Shown here piece by piece: positions 23,500 to 32,538 of a stretch of DNA of 32,538 bases. The position numbers and the translations under genes are program-made. Source of the DNA: Octopus sinensis (taxonomy: Eukaryota); contig NW_021832798.1 in NCBI RefSeq assembly GCF_006345805.1, positions 1 to 32,538 of the forward strand, given 5' to 3'. The first letter of the stretch is position 1, and each line of letters starts with the position of its first letter. Under the pieces are notes generated by a model. It searched no databases, was not told where the DNA came from, and worked only from the letters and a program-made list of their open reading frames with translations.

Positions 23500-24281
23500 T
23501 AGCAGATGTATGAAAAGATATTAAGATACCGAAATAAACTTGTTCAAGATGATCCTGATATGAAGAAAGTCGATAAAAAATCAGTAAAAAGTGGAAAACG
23601 AAGTTATTGAGCAAAAGCTGTCACAGAAGGAAACAAGATAATAAAATGAAAACGCGAGTAATGATGCAAGAAACGAAAATGATGATGGAAAAAATAGTTG
23701 AAGAGAATGGAAACGAATTAAAGAATGTTTAGTTTGTAGAAGAGAATGGTAACGACATCAAAAGCATAAAAGGAAGAAGAAATTGTGTGTGAAGTTTCTA
23801 AACACAGTAGAAAGAAAACTAGCGATAAGAAAAAATAACAATCAAAAAAATGTATAAGAAAATGATGAGAATGGAAAATATTGCAATCAAAGATCTCGAC
23901 ACAATTAAGCCTAATTTGCCTGAACTTAATCAACAGATCTCTGCTTCAGCCAAAGTAATTGAGTCAAAATGGTTGATGAGAGAGAGAGGGAGAGAGAGAG
24001 GGGGAGAAAGGAGGGGGGAGAGAGAGTAAAGAAAGATCTGTCGGTTTTAGAAACCTAAATGGAAAGAAATAGTAGAACATGAATAAAATATAAAGAAAAC
24101 TGTTGAGAGGAGAAATATCGATCTTGGAGGAACTTAGCAAGAGCAAGGATGAAAAAAAAACAAACAAGGCAAGGAAAGCAAAGAAAAATACGAGCCAAAT
24201 AAGGCAGGAGACAAGGCAGCAATCAAAGAACAATTTAAGCAGGAAAGACAAGTCAAAGCCAAACGTGTGAGAAGGTACGAT
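23500..24281 (+). mobile_element. Decayed R4/Dong-type LINE ORF, pre-RT N-terminal region, split by a (GA)n tract
   Basis: KDLDTIKPNLPELNQQISASAKVIE, PKWKEIVE, LRGEISILEELSK and AIKEQFKQERQVKAKRVRRYD match the R4/Dong pattern N.LIYAAA.V, P.WK.R.E..I..LR.D.S.L, KE.LKQK..AK..RLRRY. Support is strongest at 23890-24281; the left boundary is approximate. Confidence 0.65.
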
Positions 24282-24300
24282 TTAATACTAATAAACACAA

Positions 24301-24527
24301 GGGTGACAAGCTGGCGAAATCGTTAGTACACCGGACAAAATGTTTAAACGGTGTTTCTTCTGTCTTCAGGTTTTGAGTTCGAATACAGGCGAGATCATCT
24401 TAGCATTTCATCCTCTCTGTGTTGATAAAATGAGTACCAGTTGAGCATAGGGGTGGATATAATCGTCTAGATCCCTCCCGCCAAAAAATTCAGGTTTTGC
24501 GCCTATAGTAGAAAGAATTATTATTAT
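24301..24527 (+). mobile_element. SINE family C, old copy, tail type 2 with (ATT)n
   Basis: Colinear with 27308-27525. Confidence 0.85.
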
Positions 24528-24804
24528 AAATGGGCAGAAAGTATTAAGAGACTCAAACATTTTATTGGTTTTTACCTGATTGGTGTTTATTCGTTGTGAC
24601 CCTTCTCCTATACAGACTATACTCTGGCTTCTCTCCCTCCCTTCAAAATTGCTGGCAGCAACATAAATACAGTTTACAAGCAAAATCAAAATATTTGAAA
24701 TATACGAAAATATTTTTGGGGAAAAGAACTAATTGTGGTTTTGAAGGAATCCACTGCTGAATAAGGTAAGCAATTCTGGAGTGGCCGAAAAAATATAAAA
24801 TGCT

Positions 24805-25029
24805 GAATGGCTGTGGTTGTGTGGTTAAGAAGCTTGCTTTGCAACCAGCGTAGTTTTGGGTTCAGTCCCACTGCGCGGCGCCTTGGGTAGGTATTTTCTA
24901 AATATGACCCCCAGGCCGACCAACGTTGTGTGAATAAATTTTGTAAACAGAAACTCCCTCCGTGTATGTGTGCGTTTGTTGATGTAGATGTAGACGTATA
25001 TATGCATATATGTATATATATATATATAT

Positions 25030-25064
<35 letters not shown>

Positions 25065-25259
25065 ATATATATATATATATATGAATAAATAAATAAATGG
25101 AGTTGAACGAAGATGTTAACAAAATTCCTTTACTCTCGACATATGTTTCGAAGACAACATGGTTTTATTGCAAAGGAATAAACGGTGTAAGATGCAATCT
25201 TCTCTTCAGGAAAGAAAGGGAGCCTCTCTCAACAAGACAAAATGATGATTAATGATATA

Positions 25260-25295
<36 letters not shown>

Positions 25296-25445
25296 TGTAT
25301 GCTTGTATTTGTCACCACCACCGCTTGACAGCCAGCGTTGGTTAGTTTACGTGCCTGTAACTTAGTGGTTTGGGGAATGAAAAAATTTTTTAAAAAAAAT
25401 TTCTTCAACTAAACCCTTCAAGGCGGTGCCCCAGCATAGCCACGA
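24805..25445 (+). mobile_element. SINE family A split by an expanded internal microsatellite plus an insert at about 25095-25255
   Basis: 5' head at about 24805-24965 (B box GGGTTCAGTCCC) and 3' body/tail at about 25300-25445, in the correct order and orientation. Confidence 0.82.
25127..25219 (-). ncRNA. Type I hammerhead ribozyme with canonical core and palindromic helix III
   Basis: Minus strand: CCUUUCUUUC-CUGAAGA-GAAGAUUGCAU...AUGUUGUCUUC-GAAA-CAUAUGUC^GAGAGUAAAGG. Core CUGAAGA at 25209-25203 and GAAA at 25149-25146; GUC cleavage predicted between 25138 and 25137; helix I 10 bp with one bulge; helix II 10 pairs plus a U.U mismatch; ACAUAUGU is a perfect palindrome. Confidence 0.8.
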
Positions 25446-25729
25446 TAAAATAAACATCACACAATAGGCAACACATTGAAATACTAACCAAAACAAGCAA
25501 GACGGCAGTTCCTACTGAGCTTTGAAAAACTAATTCGGTGTATGTAGCTGACGAAACATAACAACGCAGAAATAGGTGACTTTAAGCCCATTCACATTTT
25601 AAGTCGGTTTCATATTGTCTTAAAGGAGAATTTCTCGTCCGAAAGCAATTTCCGCTGCAAGGTATTTCCACGTTTGAATGTACGTACGCCACGAGTGTTA
25701 AATGTAAAAGTACATAGTATATTTTAGTC

Positions 25730-25773
<44 letters not shown>

Positions 25774-26275
25774 CATAATTTAAAAATAGGATTAAAAATC
25801 TTTATAAGAATTTATCAAGTAGTTAGCGTGAAAAACCTCATAAGAGAAAAAATCCACCAATTTTTTCACTTAAATATATATATTTATATTATATACAGGG
25901 CGTTACTATGCATAAATGCCACACGCTAGGAGGGACTCTTAAAGTCAAAACTACCCAAATAAATAAACACATCGTACCGAATGATTTTTTTTATTACCCA
26001 TGACGGGTTAATATAGAAGGGACAGCACAACATGATTTGGGGTCATGTGATACAATTATATACAACAGTAATTATGACAAATAAAATAAACTATTTACAA
26101 TGAAATCGAATGTAACACAAAATACAAAACAAACACAGAAGGGACAAAGTACCAAATGCAACTTTCGAAGCAAGTCATTTAAAAACATAATTTAGCTGCA
26201 TATCACCGTGATTTCATAATTAGTGTAGTAATGCACTTTTTATCCTCAGTGCAAGCATAATTCAAGATTTATAAC

Positions 26276-26329
<54 letters not shown>

Positions 26330-26337
26330 TGTATATA

Positions 26338-26735
26338 TCTTTATATATAAAAGTGAAGTGGTGTGTCTGTCTCCTACGATTTAGATTCCTAACTACTCCC
26401 ACATTTTGCGGTGCAGTTTAACCAAAACCGGATATCTTATAGTCGTGATTCATATCGAGCCCTCCTGGGTATTAGCGCGCGTCTACGATGAGTCTACGAT
26501 TAAAAAAAAAATTTAGCATAATTTTTTTCCATTTTAATGCATTTTTTTCGCTATTACATAAGGGAAGTAACTCTCTAAAAATGTCTACGATGAGTTAACG
26601 ATTAAAAAAATTTTTTTCCATCATTTTTTTCCATTTTTAATGCATTTTTTTGCTATTTTTTGGCTATAACTCTCTAAAAATGCTTATATAGTTATTTCCC
26701 TTACAAACCCGAGCAACGCCGGGCGATACTGCTAG
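26338..26735 (+). mobile_element. Non-autonomous Helitron (398 bp)
   Basis: A|TC...hairpin...CTAG|T; same family as 18378-18783; inserted at the end of a (TA)n tract. Confidence 0.92.
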
Positions 26736-27137
26736 TATATGTATATAAATAATTTGGGAAAACAAATTTCCAAATCAGTCAGGTGTAACACTACAACGTT
26801 ATATGCATCTACCTATTGTACTTTGGGGTCTTATTTATCGTATATATGAGCTGAAACATAAAAAAAAAAAGAATATATATATATATTTCTACATCATTTG
26901 TATATCAAACCTGTATATTTTCCTTTAGATGTGTAGTGTCTTGTGATATATAAGTTAGAAAGTTCAATAAAAGTCGCTCTTGCTATTCAGGGTTTTTCAA
27001 TGTGATTAATCACTGTAGGTCATTCGTTAATGACTCAGCAAACGGTTGTAAAATAGCCAAAGAAGGAAAGGAGATGATAATTAGGTGCCTAGGGAGCGAT
27101 TAAAAATCGTGTGGACACACAAACACACACACAAACA

Positions 27138-27179
<42 letters not shown>

Positions 27180-27239
27180 ACACACTCACCCATGTGCACG
27201 TATTTGCAACAAGCACATATATTATCATTATTATTATCA

Positions 27240-27304
<65 letters not shown>

Positions 27305-27307
27305 TAA

Positions 27308-27525
27308 GGCGGCGAGCTGCCAGAATCGTTAGTACGCTGGACGAAATGCTTAGCGGTATTTTGCCCGACTTTATGTTCTGAGTTCAAACACCGCCGAGGT
27401 CGACTTTGCCTTTCATCCTTTCGGGGTCGTTAAATTGTGTACCAGTAAAACAATGGGGTCGATGTAATCGACTGGTCCCCTCCCCACTAAATTTCAGGTG
27501 TTGTTCCTATAGTGGAAAGGATTAT
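27308..27525 (+). mobile_element. SINE family C, full length, tail type 2
   Basis: Head GGCGGCGAGCTGCCAGAATCGTTAG; B box GAGTTCAAAC; central CTTTCATCCTTTCGGGGTCG...TACCAG (resembles the MetaSINE-type domain, from memory); inserted in (ATT)n. Confidence 0.92.
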
Positions 27526-27534
27526 CATCATCAC

Positions 27535-27570
<36 letters not shown>

Positions 27571-27578
27571 AATTATTA

Positions 27579-27625
<47 letters not shown>

Positions 27626-27628
27626 GAA

Positions 27629-27842
27629 GGCAGTGAACTAGCAGAACCGTTAGCACGTCGGACAAAATGCTTCGCAGCATTTCGTCCACCTTTTCGTTCT
27701 GAACTCAAATACCGCTGGAGTCGACTTTGCCTTTCATCCTTTCGGAGTCGATAAATTAAGTACCAGTGAAATACTGGGGTCGATGTAATCAACTTATGCC
27801 CTACCCCTACAACTATCAGGTCTTGTGCCTTTAGTAGAATGG

Positions 27843-27845
<3 letters not shown>
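27629..27845 (+). mobile_element. SINE family C, full length, tail type 2 with (ATT)n
   Basis: Colinear with 27308-27525. Confidence 0.9.
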
Positions 27846-27920
<75 letters not shown>

Positions 27921-27921
<1 letters not shown>

Positions 27922-28075
27922 TATGTTTGACTTTTGCTTTATATTTGTACAAGTTGACTCCAAGTCTCACCCAGAGACCTCAAGAGACAACAGGTTAGAA
28001 GTTCGTGATGTTCTTATGCCTAGTGTGCAATATATTTGGTTTTGTATTTAGTGTTGTACTAGTGAATGTCAAAAA
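27921..28075 (-). mobile_element. R4/Dong-type LINE extreme 3' end, 5'-truncated, flanked on both sides by sense (AAT)n
   Basis: Reverse complement of about 11360-11505, including the terminal AAAGCAAAAGTCAAACAT. Confidence 0.9.
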
Positions 28076-28165
28076 AAATCATTATTATTATCATTATTAT
28101 TATTATTATTATCATTATTATTATTATTATCATTATTATTATTATTATTATCATTATTATTATCA

Positions 28166-28201
<36 letters not shown>

Positions 28202-28212
28202 TTTTAATTTAC

Positions 28213-28279
<67 letters not shown>

Positions 28280-29184
28280 TACTGTGTTAATATTGGTAAT
28301 TAAAATGGCGGGCTGATAGAAATAGCAAGAGTGCCGAGCAAAATAAAGCTTTTTCTTTTGTGAGTTTCAGCTCTGTGAGTGAGGGTCGATCCCGTCTTTC
28401 ATACTTTCAAATTCGAGCAATTGAACATTGAGATCAATATCATTGACTGTTCATACACCCCACCGCCCACCGCCCACCACCCCACCACCGCAAACTTGGT
28501 GTCTTTCTTAGAAATCGATAATGGGATTATATTAATCTCATGTAACATTTGCTAATGGAACTAATATGAGTTTCGGTAAATATAGTCGATGCTTGAGAAT
28601 TGCTACAGACAAGAATACAGCGATACAGTAATGTATGTATGAATCTAGTTGACATAATGAGATTGAGTGAGTGTGTGCATATATATATATATGTATATAT
28701 AATCAAAATAAGCAACAAGAATATCTTCGGTAATTTGGTACGATCGTTTCACGCTACATCATTTTATTAAACATTGTAAGTATTACAACAGTTTTAAAAT
28801 GTTGAGCAATCATCAGCCATTTATAGAGGTCTTCCATCAATGCATATACTTATTTCCATGCTATATTATATATATTTCAGTGACACTGAAATGTTCAAAG
28901 CTAAAATTCTTAGAACCCCCTTGGAGTCCAACAGACCAAAAGAAATTCTTTTCTTCTTCTTCCCTCTCCCTTCCCCTCTTTCTCTTTAGCACTCCCTGAG
29001 ATACAAATGCGCACGCACACACACACACACATACACATACACATACACACATGTTCTCTCTCTCACTTTCCCCTCATTCCCCTTATCCACCTCACCCTTT
29101 TGTGCTGTCTTGTTCCTCCCCACCACTACGAAACTCTATAAAATGATTAAAATTCCCCACAAAGGAATTATTTTGATTTGGAAA

Positions 29185-29310
29185 CCCCACTAGAATGGGA
29201 GAAAGCGCTAATGATCTAAATGATATGATATATATGTAAAAAATGTAATATATAAATAGATATCTGTAAATATAAACCATCCGATCTTCTGATTACCTCA
29301 TTTCTTCTAA
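29185..29310. mobile_element. Older partial copy of the 30281-30426 MITE (right part and right TIR)
   Basis: CCCCACTAGAATGGGAGAAAGCGCT...ATATCTGTAA.TATAAA.CCATCC...TACCTCATTTCTTCTAA, followed by (TA)n. Confidence 0.75.
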
Positions 29311-29401
29311 TATATATACATACATAATATACATATACATATATATACATATATATACATATATATATACATATATATACATACATATATATATACTATA
29401 T

Positions 29402-29480
<79 letters not shown>

Positions 29481-29560
29481 TTATATATATAAAATAATAT
29501 ATACATATACATACATATACATATACATACATACACACAAACACACATATATGTATATAT

Positions 29561-29752
29561 CTTTTATTTTTTACCCGTTTCAGTCATTGAACTGCGACCC
29601 TGCTGGAGCACCGCCCGGAAGGGTTTACTGGAACAAATTGGCCCCAGTACTTGTTTTTTTCAAATCTGGTACTTATTCTACCAGTTTCATGCAGCCAAAC
29701 GGCTTCCTTATGGGACCGCAAACAAACTAACACCGGTTATCAAGCGGTGGAG
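29561..29752 (-). mobile_element. SINE family A 3' half, diverged
   Basis: TTTCAGTCATTGAACTGCGACCCTGCTGGAGCACCGCC...GGTACTTATTCTA...CACCGGTTATCAAGCGGTGG. Confidence 0.85.
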
Positions 29753-30280
29753 GTGTTTACTTTATGCTTTCAGTAGTATTATAGTTTGGTGATCATACAT
29801 TTTCCAGAGACTCTATTAACGAGCCACAGATGGTTCATTAATCAATTAATTGACTTATTAATTAATTTATTTGATCATTAATGGTGAAACTCATGGGTAT
29901 AGAATTAAATGAGATTTTTATACATTCGAGTGTCCTGCTCACTTACAAGCAACGTGAAATAAGTAAGAATGTTCTTTTCATGGCTTGGGTTTTGACTGCA
30001 CTCTCTAGCATCTAAGGAATCCACATGGTGGTCTCCTCTCCGTGTATAAAGTCTTATACACAATCATATATAAAAAATATTTGTGTCTTCTGACTTTTAT
30101 TATGAATGGTATAAATGATCAATTTAATAATTTTTACCCTGTACTTATATATGCATGTGTGTGTGTATATGTATACACACATATATATTATATGTATACA
30201 TATATATTTATACGTATATACATACATACATACATGTATATATATTAGAAGGTTTGGAGACGATGTACAGGTATTATATA

Positions 30281-30424
30281 TTAGAAGAAATGAGGTACTC
30301 AGAAATCTGACGACTCCACCAGATTGGACGCAAGCGCTATATATGATTTATAAAAACATACGACATATAAATAAATATCTGTAACTATAAAACCATCCAG
30401 ATATCTGAGTACCTCATTTCTTCT

Positions 30425-30426
<2 letters not shown>
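30281..30426. mobile_element. MITE (146 bp) with 29-bp TIRs in a TA-rich site
   Basis: Left TTAGAAGAAATGAGGTACTCAGAAATCTG versus right (reverse complement) TTAGAAGAAATGAGGTACTCAGATATCTG: 28 of 29 identical. Confidence 0.9.
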
Positions 30427-30500
<74 letters not shown>

Positions 30501-30530
30501 AATACCTCGAGTATATATATATATATATAT

Positions 30531-30684
30531 TCGACGGATTTCTTTCAGTTTCGGCCAACCAAATTCACTCACAAAGCTTTAGTTGACCTGGGGATATTAG
30601 AAGATAGAAGACACTCTGTGGGACTGAACCCGGGACCACGTGGTTGGGAAACAAACTTCTTTTCATACAGCCAAACCTGTGTCT
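30531..30684 (-). mobile_element. SINE family A 5' head, diverged
   Basis: GACGGATTCTTTCAGTTTCGG...GTGGGACTGAACCCGGGACCACGTGGTTGGGAAACAAACTTCT..CACAGCC-like. Confidence 0.85.
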
Positions 30685-31179
30685 ATATAATTGAAGATTT
30701 GTATAAATGTGTGTACATTTGTTGTTATTTGTCTGTATAGTTATCCATTCATGTATATTCCTTTGTATGTATTAAACTGTGTAGATTCACTAAGCGCAAA
30801 CACACTCTCTCTCACGCACACATACACACACACACACATGCACGGTTACATACGCACAGAAGTACGCACACATACACACAAAGATTCATGTGTATATATG
30901 TGTAAGTGTGTGTGAAAACGTTACTTATATCTGCAACAGTTTAAGAACTCAGTCCCTTGACCCCATCGTATTTAGTACTCGCTAATCGCCCCCACACACT
31001 CAGTAACCCCTGGCAACGGGACAAGCTATTCTTCTGCTTCTTTGAAGTACTACTAACACTCCATGAAATGTCATTAACACTCCATGAAGTAGTTTATAAC
31101 ATTGCAGTGTCATTAACACTCCATGTAGTATTGTACTCACTGCAGGGCCGTTAACATCTCAGTAAAACATCATTTATTT

Positions 31180-31600
31180 CTGGAGTGTGCTTACACTGCC
31201 TTTTATGTTGAAGTGTGGCTCTAATGTAGTGTTATTTACGACTGAGTGTGATTGAAATGTCGTCCATGCTGGAGTGTGATTGTAGTGTTGTTCTTTTTGG
31301 AGTGTAGTTACAGTACAGTATCGTTCATGCTGGAGTTTAGTTGTACTATATTATCGTTGTTCCCGCTGGTGTTCATTGCAGTGTGGTGTCATTCATACTG
31401 GAGTGTGGTCGTAGTGTTGTCGTTTATGCTATAGAGTGATTGTTGTGTAGGGTCATTCACTCTGGAGTGTGGTCGTAGTATAGTGTCATTCTCGCAGCAG
31501 TGCACTTGCAGTGTAGAATTGTTCACGCTGGAGTTTGGCTGTAGTGTTTTGTTCATGCTGATGTATGGTAGTAATTCACGCCGGAGTATCGTTGTAATGT
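31180..31600. repeat. Degenerate ~30-35-bp minisatellite (core TTCATGCTGGAGTGT)
   Basis: About ten recurrences of CTGGAGT(G/T)T-like cores with related spacers. Confidence 0.75.
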
Positions 31601-31659
31601 TGTTAATATTAAGCTATAGACTGTGGGAACAGCGTAGATTGTCTTGAATTGCTTACACT

Positions 31660-32435
31660 CATGAGTCAACAAACTCACACATTAGTCAACATGTCTACAC
31701 ATATTAGTCAACATTAGTCAACATTCTCACACACATTTCAACATTAGTCAACATGCCAAGACATATTAGTCAACATTAATTTGCATTCTCCTGCACATTT
31801 CAACATTAGTCAACATGCCCACACATATTAGCCTGCATTAATCAACATGTCTACACATATTAGTCAACTTAGTCAACATGCCAATACATTAGTCAACATT
31901 AGTCTGCCTTCTCCTGCACATTTCAACATTAGTCAACATGCCCACACATATTAGTCAGCATTAGTCAATATGTCTACACATATTAGTCAACATTAGTCAA
32001 CAAGCCAACACATTTGTCAATATTAATCTGCACTCTCATGCACATTTCAACATTAGTCAGCATACCCACATATTAGTCAACATTAGTCAACATGCCAACA
32101 TATTAGTCAACATTAATCTGCATTCTCACGCACTTTTCAGCATGATTCAATATGAATCTGCATTCTCACACACTTCAACATTGGTCAACATGCCTAGATA
32201 TATTAGTCGACATTAATCTACATGCTCACGCACATTAGTCAACATTAGTCAACACGCCTATATATATTAGTCAACATTAATCTACATGCGCACGCACATT
32301 AGTCAGCATTAGTCAACACATCCACATATATTAGTCGACATTAATCTACATGCTCACGCACATCAGACAACATGCCCACATACATTAGTCAACATTAACC
32401 TACATGGTCAATCACATTAGTCAACATTCTCACTC
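31660..32435. repeat. Complex satellite built on ATTAGTCAAC with ~123-125-bp higher-order units
   Basis: Dozens of TTAGTCAAC motifs; a (C/A)TGCACATTTCAACATTAGTCA block recurs near 31791, 31914 and 32039. Confidence 0.9.
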
Positions 32436-32538
32436 ATCGAAGATTCTTCAACTTTTCTTATTCAGTCCACCAGCCCCTTTTACAAACGACCCTCGCATCT
32501 GTTTAGAAAAAGTAAACTATTTTAATCTATCAGAAATT

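Noticed and set aside
28455-28492. G-rich minus-strand run (possible G-quadruplex)
   Set aside because: Low-complexity (CCA/CCG) repeat with no supporting context.
31180-32435. CRISPR-like repeat-spacer appearance
   Set aside because: Repeats are short and degenerate, spacers are related to each other, there are no cas genes and the context is eukaryotic.

Overview
AT-rich eukaryotic non-coding DNA, extremely dense in microsatellites and transposon debris. No intact host protein-coding gene can be supported; most long ORFs are microsatellite or SINE artefacts and the rest include transposon remnants. The SINE families and repeat landscape look like an octopus (coleoid cephalopod) genome; this is recognition from memory, not a database result. 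Contents: three families of tRNA-derived SINEs (here called A, B, C; about 17 copies or fragments), five pieces of an R4/Dong-type RLE-domain LINE, three non-autonomous Helitrons, decayed pogo/Tigger, Tc1/mariner and possibly piggyBac transposases, a Penelope-like GIY-YIG remnant, a microsatellite-embedded MITE, a 186-bp foldback and two complex minisatellites. The most interesting signal is a near-canonical type I hammerhead ribozyme (minus strand, 25127-25219) with a perfectly palindromic helix III. It sits in a short insert that landed in the (TA)n tract inside a SINE, and a second, minimal hammerhead-like motif lies at 20747-20781 in another microsatellite-flanked insert. Together with head-to-tail and circularly permuted SINE multimers, this suggests an ecosystem of elements that insert into microsatellites and possibly use multimeric or circular RNA intermediates.
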